A model generated the notes under the pieces. That model was not told where the DNA came from and did no database searches. It was given only the letters and a program-made list of their open reading frames with translations. A DNA stretch of 64,000 nucleotides, from NCBI GenBank assembly GCA_950097015.1, contig CATNEN010000039.1, positions 2,170,001 to 2,234,000 of the forward strand, in the 5' to 3' direction. The position numbers and the translations under genes are program-made. The stretch's first letter is position 1. Every line of letters starts with the position of its first letter. The DNA comes from Macrostomum hystrix. Lineage: Eukaryota > Animalia > Platyhelminthes. Below, piece by piece: positions 9,701 to 22,472 of this stretch.

Positions 9701-12700
9701 CAACATGGAGAGTGTGAGGTCAGCTGACGCCACTGACAACATGGAGTCTGAGAGGTCAGCTGACGCCACTGACAACATGGAGTCTGAGAGGTCAGCTGAC
9801 GCCACTGACAACATGGAGAGTATGAGGTCAGCTGACGCTACTGACAACATGGAGAGTGCGAGGTCAGCTGACGCCACTGACAACATGGAGAGTGTGAAGT
9901 CAGCTGACGCCACTGACAACATGGAGAGTGTGAGGTCAGCTGACGCCACTGACAACATGGAGTCTAAGAGGTCAGCTGACGCCACTGACAACATGGAGTC
10001 TGAGAGGTCAGCTGACGCCACTGACAACATGGAGTCTGAGAGGTCAGCTGATGCCACTGACAACATGAAACCTGACAGGTCAGCTGAAGCCACTGACAAC
10101 ATGGAGTCTGAGAGGTCAGCTGACGCCACCGACAACATGGAGTTTGAGAGGTCAGCTGACGCCACTGACAACATGGAGTCTGAGAGGTCAGCTGACGCCA
10201 CCGACAACATGGAGTCTGAGAGGTCAGCTGACGCCACCGACAACATGGGGTCTGAGAGGTCAGCTGACGCCACCGACAACATGGAGTCTGAGAGGTCAGC
10301 TGACGCCACTAACATGAAACCTGACAGGTCAGCAACGTCGGAAGATTCAGAGACGCTGCCCCAGGATATTTATGATTGCTTTGAAGACTTTGACTACAAA
10401 CATTCCGAGACTGGCGCCACTGGCTCACACTTAGTGCAGTCAGCTGAGGCGAATGTTGAAGACGAAGACGCCATTCTTGCTGCGGTCGATCGTCAAAATT
10501 TCGCGGAGGTAGAATTTAATCTGAAGAAAATAGAACCTGGAACAGTCGACCTCTCAGCAGCTCTGGAGCGGGCAACACAGCTAAACTGGGCGCCCATCGT
10601 CTACCGGTTGCTGGAGCACATGACAGGCACCTCCAGTACAAAAGGCGGCGAGTTTCTCAGTCGCCTGCTGACCGAAGCGATCCAGTCGGGACAATTCCAG
10701 GCGGCCGAGGCTCTCATCCGAGGCCCGAATCGGTGGGGCGGCTGCGGGCAGCTGGGCGAGAGCGACCTCATCTTGGCTGTACAGCTGGGAGCCAGCGTCG
10801 AGTTTGTGAAAAAGTTTCTCAATGAAGACCGCAGAAACGTCGATGATACAAATCTTCACGGCAGGTTCGCAACTTCTGGGGACCGCTGACTCGGGACAGT
10901 CAGTCAGCCTCCTCTGGCGCTATTCACACCAAGCCTTGTGCTCTTGTTTCTTAACAGCAGAAAGATCACGGGGGTATTTACTCGTAAAATACCCACGTTT
11001 TTTTCTTTTTTCTGTATCTCCTAAAATATTCAACTACGCTCGCATTCACCATGAAACTCCAGAATACGTTCTTAAAATTAGCCTCACGGGGCTATCCGAT
11101 GAAACAACTTCCAGAATCACAAAACATCTGCATCGTCGAGAAATTCAAAGATTCTCGCGTCGGGGTGTCCGGTGGCAGCAACCGCCAATATAGGCATACA
11201 TTTTCTGCTCACAAAATTTCATAATGTAAACATGTCATATCATCTACGACTCGTAATATTGTTGATTATATTGTATTGATTACAGTATTAACTTTTTTGA
11301 ACCAATAAGGATTCGCCATAGACCTTTATACGAGTACATAGCGATGTTTGTTGCAATTGACTCCAGGGTCTTCGACAAGAATCGCTGAATACCTCAACGA
11401 TGCAGACTCGGACGGCTTTGAAAGTTAGTTCATCGTGTAGGGCGGCAAATGTTGATTCTGATGGTGGACTTTCACGAAAATTGGCCAATCTGTTTGGGAG
11501 CTGTCGTGAAGTTGGCAGTTGGTATTTGAAATAGCTCCGTGGTCTTTCCCTGTGGGGAATACCGTTGTCTTTCTACTGTTAAACTCCTCCTGAACTTAAA
11601 TATTTACTAACTCCATTTTGTGATTCCAATTGTACACAAACTCAACACATCCAAAATCTTCTTTAATACTCGTAGATCAATTGCTGAAACGCAAATTTGA
11701 CTTTCGGGTTGTTAGGGAAGATTGATAGAATCCTTCGCAATCGATTTCTTCCAGAACGGCCCTGAGCTACGCGGCCCAGCACGGCATGCTGAATGTGGTC
11801 CGTCTGCTGCTCCTGGAAGGCGGCGGCAGCCCCAGCATCCGGGACTCGCAGGGCTGGGCAGCTGCGGACTACGCAATGTGGGCCTTGGATGCCTTGGAGC
11901 CTAAAGACGATTGGCGGCGTGAAGACTTCTCGGAGGTGATCGGTGAGGCCTTTGATAGTTCCAGTTTTCAGAGTTTGTTGATGTTCTCAAGTAGTGTGTT
12001 ACATCACAATGCGTTTATCCTGTTCATATCATTTTTCAGACATTCTACTTCACGATGACTGCAAGGCAGTTGCAGGCAGCGATGATCGATTGAAGCTAAG
12101 CCAGCCCGACCTGTGACTGTCGATTATATTTTCTCTCATAAATTGACCGCAAACATGATAGATCGAGTGTGATAGCCATTTTGACACAGAAAGTAATCGT
12201 ATTAAAATATGTTTTATAACTTGAGAAACTTGACAGTTTTACTGCAACGCAACCAGCACAAGCCTGCGTGAAAATAACATTAAATGTATTTGCTGGAGGG
12301 CTGCGGGCAGTGGCACATCATTTGGTGACTCTAGACCCGCTGCCAGCGAGGAGGCAATTCTGCCGATTCCGCTGACTCTTGAGCACACACTCACGCAGAT
12401 ACTGTACGCAAGCACTCGCTCAAATATATGTGCACAATAGATGTGTACATGCATATGCCCTCGATTTTTCATGCTTCATTTTTTGTGCTGACGCTAATAC
12501 CTTCAAAAGTGTTGCACCTTAAAAACAAAATCCAATCAACTGTTAAAACAAAACATAGGCTATGGCGCCAATTTAAACCTTTTGCACCTACCGCTGGAGA
12601 ACTCAGTTTGCACTGTCAGGTCGCGCCAGACGTCGTAGAATTTCGATTCGATGTCTCGCATCTGCTGGAAGAATGAGAACCCGATTGTGTCCCGCTGGAC

Positions 12701-15158
12701 CGAGTACTGAAATTGGGATTATTTTGGGAGCGTTGTAAAACTTGACCCGAGAATCTATTAGAAGCAGTTCACTGGAAATCCCTCCGTTGCTAGCTGGAGT
12801 TCCAATCCATTAATTGTTGGAATCCCATTCGTAACTTGCTAGGAATCCCTAAAGTTGCTTGTTCGGAATTTTCTTCGTAACTTGTTTGGAATTCCTCCGT
12901 AGCTTGTTTAGAATCCCCTCCGTAGCTTGAGGGAATCCCCTCAGTGATTGGTTGGAAATCCTCTCCCTAACTTGTTGGGAATCCCTTCGAACTTGTTAGG
13001 AATCCCTAAAGTTAGCTCGTTACTTGTTGGGAATCCCCTACGTAGCTTGCTGGGAATTCCCTCCGTAACTTGTTGGGAATCCCCGAAGCAACTTGCTCGG
13101 AATCCCCTCCGTGACTTGTCGGGAATCCTCTCCGTAGCTCGTTAGGAATTTCCCTCGTTACTTGTCGCAATCCACTTCATATATTCTAAGAATTCCCTCC
13201 AAGACTTAATAATATGTTCAAGATCTTTCCTCACGGATATAGTAGGAATTCCACTTCATAAATATAAAGGGATTCTATTCGCAAATTTCTGGGAACCTTT
13301 TTCCACCGCGGATTCGAACTCAGGTACCTCCGCCCCTAAACCCCTGATTGGCCCACCTTGATGGCAGTCTGGCCGGCCAGCTCGCGCACTGACGAGATCG
13401 AGGCTGACAGCTTGGAGACGGTGAGAAAGGCGGCCAAGTTGGCCGTGTAGAGCGCCATGATGATGCAGGCGAAGATCCAGAAGCCCGCCACCAGGAACCG
13501 AGTCGATGTGGCCCTCGGGTCGAAACTCTCGCCGGCCTGGGTGACGGCGCCCAGCACGAACCACATGCTCTCCTTGAAGCTGAACACTTTGCCCTCCGGC
13601 TCGCCCTCCTGCAGATCGTCCTCCGGCCTGTTCTGGAAGCTGTATGGGCTAAGCCTGTCAAACAGAGTCACGAGGAGGCCGGTGGCCACCAGGGTGCAGC
13701 CGAGGCACAGCCAGACCCAGCCGTCGAACACCATGACGAAGAAGAACATGGACGTCTCGGCGCCGCCGTCGATGCGCCGCATGAAGATCTGCAGGCCGGC
13801 ATAGTCATAGTAGGGAATGCTGAAGTCCACCGACCTCTGCCGCTCCGCCGTAACTGAGATTGGACCTACGGCCACGTCCGCGTCCTGGCAAATCATCGTC
13901 GGGGGATTCTGGATGACGCTCTTGCATAAATGATCGATTAAATGGATTGGCGGAAAAAACTGATGGAAATGAAGGATGAAGGAATAAGGCAGGATTTTAT
14001 TGACTGGTAGCTAGAGTGACAGGGGGTTAGAGTGACAGGGGGTTAGAGTGACAGGGGTTAGAGTGACAGGGGTTAGATTGATAGGGGTTAGAGTGAAAGG
14101 GGGTTAGAGTGACAGGGGGTTAGAGTGAAAGGGGGTTAGAGTGACAGGGGTTAGAGTGACAGGGGTTAGATTGATAGGGGTTAGAGTGAAAGGGGGTTAG
14201 AGTGACAGGGTTAGAATGAGAGTGTTAGAGTGACAGGGGTTAGAGTGAAAGGGGGTAAGAGTGACAGAGGGTTAGAGTGACAGTGTTAGAGTGACAGGGT
14301 TAGAATGAGAGTGTTAGAGTGATAGGGGTTAGAGTGACAGAGTTAAGCCTAGATAACAACCCGGAGCTCACCAGTGCTGCCAGCTGGCCAATCATGCCGT
14401 TCCAGGAGCCGTTGGCAAGCAGGACTCCGTACGCTCCGTCCGGCGGTTGGCTGATGACGTAATCAAAGTCGAGCTGCTTGGCTATGCTCTCCAGCACGGA
14501 GATGCTGTAGCCAGAGTAGGTGCCGTTTTCGTAGAATACAAACGGCGCCTCCTAGCCGCGAGTGAAATGAAAATGTCGAGCACTACTAACAGTAGGGCAA
14601 AAGTTCATAATAACAATAGTAATAGTTCAGTCTCACCGGCATAGTCAGTACTTTCAGCTTGAGCCGCGGCCTCTGCGGTAGCGCCGATGCATTTGCGACG
14701 CCGGCAGGCAGAAAGATGACGCGGCCGCCGGCAGCGCTGAATCCCAGTCCAGTGGAGGCGCACTGGCCAGACAGGCAGGACTGCAGATGCAGCGTGAACT
14801 GCAGCTGCACCAGGGACTCCGCTGAGGCAGCGGGTTTGTTACCCAGCAACAGAGACAGGTTCGCTGCCTGTTGGTTTGGAGCGAATCAGCTGTCACTACC
14901 AAACTCACCATGGTTCTGTCTAACATGTACTCACACTGTCTAACGTGTACTTGTTCTGTCTAACATGTTCTCGTTCTGTCTAGCATGTTCTCATTCTGTC
15001 TAAAACTTTCTCATTCAATTTAGCATGTTTTCATTCTGTCTAACATACTATCATTCTGACTAACATGTTCTAATTCAGTTTATCAAGCACTGTTTGTGTT
15101 AAAATTAATGCAAACTTTACTCACCTTAAGCACAGCGCTGGCAAAGGCCTGTGTGACA

Positions 15159-15197
<39 letters not shown>

Positions 15198-18100
15198 GCG
15201 TTTCTTCTTGTTGAGCAGTTGCCAGTGGGACTGGCAAAGTTCGTGGCGGCGCCCAGCCCCAAGAGGGACTCGCTGGCAGCCAGCAGCAAGCTCAGCGTGC
15301 CGGACTGGGTGCCAAATCGAGCCTGGGAAAATTGTGTACAGAATTTTATTTTTTCCCTTAGAGATTTTGCCAAGGATAAAATTTTGGCATTTTTTAATTC
15401 GCATCTGTTCCTTCGCCACACGTACCGCTTGTCCTGACCCGGTCCGATTGGCCAGCGTTGCCATAGCAACCGTTGCTGCAGCATTGTCCGGCAGAAAGGC
15501 CACCTGATAAACCGGCTGCTGTGTCCTCAGGCTCATCAGGCCGCTGTTCAGGTAGAACCAGGTGAAGAATCTCGTGGTCAGGCGAACTTGGCTGGCCGCA
15601 GTCAGCACGGCTTCAGCGACTGCGCTGTCGGAGGCCAGCACGAAAAGGGTCGCCTTGGTGCGATTGCGCACCGACTCGAGGAAGTCCGGGAGCTCAGTCG
15701 CGTTGCTAGGCAACAGAAATAGATAGGCCGGCCCGGGGAAGCCTCGACCGGGCAGCAGTGATGTGGGATCTGAAATGACCGGTTGAGGATATTGTCTGAC
15801 AAAGGCAAACAAAACCCTGACACAGCCAAACAGTTGTCCGACACAGGCCAACGAACGATGGTCTGACACAGGCCAACGATAGTCTGAGACAGGCCAACGA
15901 ATCTCCTACTTCAGCAGACTGCATTGGATCAGAATCGTCTGTGATGGCGGTGTCGCTGTCAGAATCCGATGTGAAGAGCACATCGTCCATAGTAGTTGTA
16001 CATATAGATATTTAAGTTGACTCTGCTCTGCTATTGCTCGATAGAAATGTACAGCAACATTAAAACAGCTAGGCCAGTGTTTTCTTTTTTGAAGATACAT
16101 CCGTACTTAACTCTTAACCCCAGCCTAAATTTAAAAGGGCACAGAATATGTTTAGAGAGCCATGCCTGTCTATTGGTTTCCTAAAATTTTATAGTCTATG
16201 GCCAGATTTAAATTTCTGTCCAGGCCATGTACGAGCTACATTCACACTATCTACCCTGGCCTCCAGTCCACTGCGCAAGCGAGATGGTTTTGTTAATCTT
16301 TCTCGGCTGCATGGGCTTTGCAAAGCAGTAGTCAAATTCTCATGCGATAGTCTATGGTCTAGTCTATAGCCGATAGTCTATGTCAGCCCTGCTGACCAAG
16401 TCGGCCGGAACGGAGTTTCTAATTTTCTGGCCTCGGCATGAAAAGGTAGCCTCGATTCAACGATAACGACTTTATGCTGCATTTTTCAGACCTCCCTTTC
16501 AGCTTGATGAACTTTGTTTCGAGAATTGATTCGTATAATAAGGCAAATATAATTTGATTTTACAGTGAGCGGTGAGAGCAGCTCAGACTGAGTCCAGCCA
16601 GGAAGGAAAAGTGAGCGAGTGAGAGAGAGGGGAGAGGGCCATGGGGAGATTGGCAGCAGAGGAAAACTATTGCTCGGACAGCTGGGATCACACCCACGCT
16701 ACCGCGGTTGCCATGGTAACAAGAGGGCAAGGCTGGGCAAGGTTCGCTCGGTTCCGGTCTCAAATGGGAGGATTTTCTCTCCAACCTGGAGTGAGCCGCT
16801 GAGGAGATTTCACCCGGGTTTCCAGGAAAGGCCAGCTCAATCATCAGCCCTACCCCACCAACCAACTCAGGTCTCCGACCCCGGGCCTGATGCTGTAAAT
16901 TGGCAGAGAATCAATTCGCCAACCATGCCCAGTTGCTAATGGCCCAGGTGAGAGGCTCCGCTTTTATTGTTGCCAATGAGGGACTCCCGAGCCAGCGGGT
17001 CTTTGCCGCTAAAAGCTGAGAGTGGAGAGCTTTCCGGATGTTGCGATGGGATGCCATCCATTTACGGATCATTGCTCAGCTTGGCATCAACTGCTCATGA
17101 GAGTGATGTTCGTCATGTAAACAGCACTCAGTTTGGACTCAAACTCACTTTACACTTAACACACGGTACCGACAAAACATTTGCAATAAGAGCTTAGCCA
17201 CCTGCCCCTCAGAGTGAACTCACACTCTCCAAGAGTGAACTCACACTCCCCTAGACTGAAATCACACTCCCCTAGACTGAACTCACACTCCCCTAGACTG
17301 AAATCACACTCCCCTAGACTGAAATCACACTCCCCTAGACTGAAATCACACTACCCTAGACTGAAATCACACTACCCTAGAGTGAACTCGCACTACCCTA
17401 GAGTGAACTCGCACTACCCTATAGTGAACTCGCACTACCCTAGAGTGAACTCGCACTACCCTAGAGTGAACTCGCACTCGACAAGAGTGAAATCTCTACT
17501 ACCCTAAAACTCACCCCAGGTGTCGTCGAATAGCACGGCCGAGGCGGCGAAGCCGGTGAGGTTGAGTCGGCTGGTGAAGGCTCCCACGCTCTGCAGGAAG
17601 TGCCGCATGGGCAGCTGGACGGTGACGGGCTCGGGGCCACAGGCCGCAGTCGAAGATGAGGCGGCCTGGCCGTTGCCATCCGGCGCGTCAAAGGCGGCCG
17701 CAACGAATGCGAGGTCCAGATGTGTTGCCAGGGACGCGGCGAGGCACCGCAGGTGAGGCACGCTGCTCAGGTAGGCGATGCCCGCAATGGGCAAGCGGTC
17801 GCATACTGTATTATGGCGGTAGTGGAGGCTGCTGGTTAAATCGGAAAGTCTGGCTTGGATCCCCTGACCATTTAGATCCCTTGACCCATTGGATCCCTTG
17901 ACCCATTGGATCCCTTGACCCATTGGATCCCTTGACCCATTGGATCCCTTGACCCATTGGATCCCTTGACCCATTGGATCCCTTGACCCATTGGATCCCT
18001 TGACCCATTGGATCCCTTGACCCATTGGATCCCCTGACCATTTAGATCCCTTGACCCATTGGATCCCTTGACCCATTGGATCCCTTGACCCATTGGATCC

Positions 18101-18508
18101 CTGGACCCATTGGATCCCTTGACCCATTGGATCCCTTGACCCATTGGATCCCTTGACCTATTGGATCCCTTGACCCATTGGATCCCTTGACCCACATAAC
18201 TCACCATCGTTCACAAGGCTCTGCAAGCTCTCGAACGAGGTGACGACTCGGTATTCGAAGGTGAGATTCGCTCGATTCGACTTCAAAGCTTCGTCGGCGG
18301 CCAGCCGCACGGCCTGCTGGTCGCCAGGGTCTGTGATCACCACTGGCAAGGGAATAGTTTTGTAAGTCTTGCTGTTGTGATTCTATAACTAGCATCAACT
18401 TAAAAGTGCAAACTTACAGAACTTAAGGCCAGAAACTTTCAGAGCACCGCTTGAGCACAGCGCGATGAGGCACAGGACTCTGAGTGCCCAGCAACTGTAG
18501 AGCTGCAT
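6742..18508 (-). CDS. Ionotropic receptor, IR25a/IR8a co-receptor-like (iGluR superfamily), ~980 aa, 13 exons
   Basis: Phase-consistent exons: 18508-18418, 18342-18205, 17805-17515, 15769-15426, 15322-15125, 14867-14637, 14551-14372, 13884-13357, 12706-12592, 8037-7761, 7424-7327, 7247-7123, 7068-6742. Signal peptide, N-terminal domain, S1 ([34 protein letters not shown]), M1-M3 ([10 protein letters not shown]), S2 with IR25a-type insert ([29 protein letters not shown]), [14 protein letters not shown]4. Confidence 0.9.
7495..7740. repeat. 40-bp intronic minisatellite
   Basis: Unit CTCACAGCACAGTGTCTATCCAGCATGACCCTTATCACTG, about 6 copies. Confidence 0.95.
8049..8335. repeat. 61-bp intronic minisatellite
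   Basis: Unit starts AGGGAAATAGTCTCTAGGATC at 8049, 8110, 8171 and onward. Confidence 0.95.
8378..8915. repeat. GTGTCT/GTGTGTCT microsatellite
   Basis: Continuous low-complexity tract. Confidence 0.97.
9351..12116 (+). CDS. Ankyrin-repeat protein with N-terminal 12-aa tandem repeats, nested antisense in IR intron 9
   Basis: Exons 9351-10864, 11755-11942, 12040-12116. The first splice reconstitutes a canonical ankyrin motif (DTNLHGR|[31 protein letters not shown]). About 26 copies of [12 protein letters not shown] at the N-terminus. Confidence 0.75.
9375..10335 (+). repeat. 36-bp coding tandem repeat
   Basis: Unit ATGGAGTCTGAGAGGTCAGCTGACGCCACTGACAAC. Confidence 0.97.
10955..11578. mobile_element. 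Non-autonomous DNA transposon (MITE), TTAA-flanked
   Basis: ttaa-CAGCAGAAAGATCACGG ... CCGTTGTCTTTCTACTG-ttaa imperfect TIRs; internal sequence shared with 49461-50006 and 34265-34500. Confidence 0.75.
12290..12430 (-). mobile_element. Truncated SINE copy (3' part)
   Basis: Reverse complement matches 53880-53985 (GAGTCAGCG..GCCTCCTCGCTGGC..GCCCTCCAGCA). Confidence 0.7.
12770..13200. repeat. Degenerate GGAATCCC-core tandem repeat
   Basis: Recurrent TTGGGAATCCCCTCCGTAACTTG-like units. Confidence 0.75.
14012..14342. repeat. 15-16-bp G-rich minisatellite with telomere-like core
   Basis: Unit GGGGTTAGAGTGACA. Confidence 0.9.
14912..15075. repeat. Degenerate ~20-bp intronic repeat
   Basis: TTCTGTCTAACATGTTCTCA-like units. 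Confidence 0.7.
16707..16720. promoter_or_regulatory. RFX X-box motif in IR intron 3
   Basis: GTTGCCATGGTAAC matches the X-box consensus GTNNCCATGGNAAC; function not shown. Confidence 0.5.
17212..17505. repeat. 21-bp intronic minisatellite
   Basis: Unit CCTAGACTGAAATCACACTCC and variants. Confidence 0.93.
17857..18195. repeat. 17-bp intronic minisatellite
   Basis: Unit GGATCCCTTGACCCATT. Confidence 0.95.
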
Positions 18509-19299
18509 TGCTCCTATTGAGCTGCAGAGTCTGCCGCTGGTTTGAGCTACGAAATGCTGGTGCAGTATCAGAAATAATTCTTTCTGAGCTGAGCTGGCTT
18601 GGGGTAAAAACTCCACTGTTAAAACAGGCTGAGCCCCCAGCCTGCGGTGTTATAGAGGCTCTTTGGCCTTCTGCCCACCAATGGGAGTGGCCTAAGAGAT
18701 TTCGTGCGGTTCCATCCCTTCGTCCCTCCAGGCTCCCTCTTCCTCTCTTCCCCCAGCTTTTTCCAGCCAGCTTTTGGGCTTAAATCTGCGGTTGTGAAAA
18801 CAAGTCGAGCCAGAGCCAGAGCAGCTCGGGCAGCGGATTAGACCTGAATGCACACCTGAATGCCGGCTCGGGGAATAAATCCCCAGAAATCCCAGAACCT
18901 GACACCGACAGGTAGAGCAGCCGCCAACGGGCCAAGACCATGCGGGATCTCAAAACTTTCCCCTGAGCCTCTCTAACCCACTCTGCAGCTCCGTCCCCTT
19001 TTCGTCCGGCCTCAGTCAGAAGGCTTGCACTTTTGCAGCACCTGTGCTCACCTGGGCAGCGAAAGCATCTCACACTTTCTCAAGGCAGCTGCAGCTGCGC
19101 CCCAAACGCCTATAGCATGAATTATTTGACAGCTAATAGGCATGATGCAGTGTGCTTACAATCATACCAGCTCAGATGCTCTGAATTGCCCGAAGCCAGA
19201 GCCCGACACGACAATTGCAGCAATACACCCTGCATTGTTATAATGGCTTCTTTTGAATATTGCCTCATAAGGTTCTTTTACTTATCCTGTAGTTAATTT

Positions 19300-19600
19300 T
19301 TGGCTGTCACCCTCCCTTATCCTTGACTGTCATCCTCCCTTATCCTTGGCTGTCACCCTCCCTTATCCTTGGCTGTCATCCTCCCTTATCCTTGGCTGTC
19401 ACCCTCCCTTATCCTTGGCTGTCACCCTCCCTTATCCTTGGCTGTCACCCTCCCTTATCCTTGGCTGTCACCCTCCCTTATCCTTGGCTGTCACCCTCCC
19501 TTATCCTTGGCTGTCACCCTCCCTTATCCTTGGCTGTCACCCTATCTTCTCCTTGGCTGTCACCCTCCCTTATCCTTGGCTGTGACACTCCCTTATCTCT
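19300..19600. repeat. 23-bp minisatellite
   Basis: Unit GGCTGTCACCCTCCCTTATCCTT. Confidence 0.95.
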
Positions 19601-20772
19601 GGAATATGTTTTCTTCGCTCGTGATGCCCCTCTATATTTCGGCCTCTCAAAATGCCTCCTAAATTGCGCTGTTTCCATTCTGATTGCTTTGCTGTGTTTT
19701 TCAATGTTCTCTTCCGTAAAAAACTCCATGTGTGTCAAGCAGCCGCAACCCAAGGTTAATTAGTTAAAGTGGCTAAAACTGCCGTCAATAATTTCTCCCA
19801 ACCTCCCCTGCCTGAGCCAAAGCGCGGGCGCCATAAATCACCCGCTTCAGTTAGTCAGTTAAAATTAACTCAATTCCATTTCCAGCTAGCCAGCAGGTAT
19901 TTGAGTATGATAATCGATCGCTGTTGAGAGCATCGGCTACTGATGAGGTCAGTAGGCAAGGTTGATTTGCTGCGTTGTGAAATCAACCGAGTCATTTTGT
20001 TTTTTTCGTTAGATTTTGATTAGTTCCCATCTGAGGTTCTGGACTCGTAACTGAATACTCTAAAATTGATTTGCGATTATCATTGCTATGGCTAAAATCA
20101 TGGCTAGTCAATGGGAAATTTTAATACCTCTCGGATGACAAAGGTGCAATTGGTCAACACTCGAGACGGAATCAAATATTTAAACTTTGGGGTTATTGAT
20201 CAGAACTCATGTTTTTAGCGCTTAGAACCCGGCAGCCTAGCATTTCCTTATTTGGTAAGTGGCCTTGAATCACGCGCCTGGCGCATGATACACGAGCGCA
20301 GCGTAGGCGCCGAGCCAGAAAGGGCTCAGAAACACACGGCATACACTCGCGCAGGTGTGTACATCTGCCCGGACTTCTTTCTGAATCCATCACACTTCCA
20401 GGCTAGAGCAAGCCAATTGACGGCTTGGTAGATGTTGACGATGGTCCCCATTGTTAAGCAGGTCGCAGGTTACCACCGGGCCGGCCTGGAATACCCTCCG
20501 ATGACTCAGGAAGCCAAAGGAGGTGTTCACAAGCAGCCGGCTGTGCGGTTTAAGTCGCCACTTCTGCAGTCACGGAGTAAATTACGAGTATAAGCCAATC
20601 GATAGAGAGGGTCCAATATATTGTAGATATCCGAGCCAACAATTGCGACTTCCAAAGGCATCGACCACGCCCAAAGATCTTTGTCTGTTTTTTATCTCGA
20701 ATTGATCAAAAGGAAACTCAGAAAAAGCAGCGGCTGCTGCGGAATTAAATGCGTATTACTTGATTATTTTGG

Positions 20773-21925
<1,153 letters not shown>

Positions 21926-22472
21926 CAACTATGATCAGACGGTGCTACTATCAGTAGAATTTTTAGCAGACCGTGCAGCGATTCGCACAAAGAGACTTAC
22001 AATCCAACCATATTCACGAAAACTATTTAGTCTTGCACGCGCAGGCCAACCCCAGAGTTGAACCGTTTTTAATCCGCACACCTGCAACTCTGCAACTTTG
22101 CCTGAGAAAATGTGCACCGGCCTCTCAAACTGTCACTCCCCCTACCAGCTGCTCATTTGAGCCAGTTTAGTCGCTTGAAAAAGGAGCCGAAGGTTATAGA
22201 AGCAGAAGAGAGAGAATAGGAAAGAGCAAGGAAAGAATGGGCTGAATGAATGAGCGACTGTATGCAGAATCGGGCGTTAGAAAGATATAGAACAGCTGTG
22301 TAGGCAGTTTGTGCTAGACTGGCCGGGGGTAGCTCTTGGCAACGCAGGCGCCCCCTCTCTCCGCTCCATCTTAACTTGAATATGGTTGAGCAAGTTTAAG
22401 CCACTGAGCACAGAGCAGCTTAGGCGATCCCCCCAGCTAGCAGAGATTTGATCAGAAGCTGCCGGTCTCCCC

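Noticed and set aside
15885-15995. Possible extra IR exon ([10 protein letters not shown]..)
   Set aside because: Exons 3 and 4 already join in phase, and no phase-compatible acceptor was found
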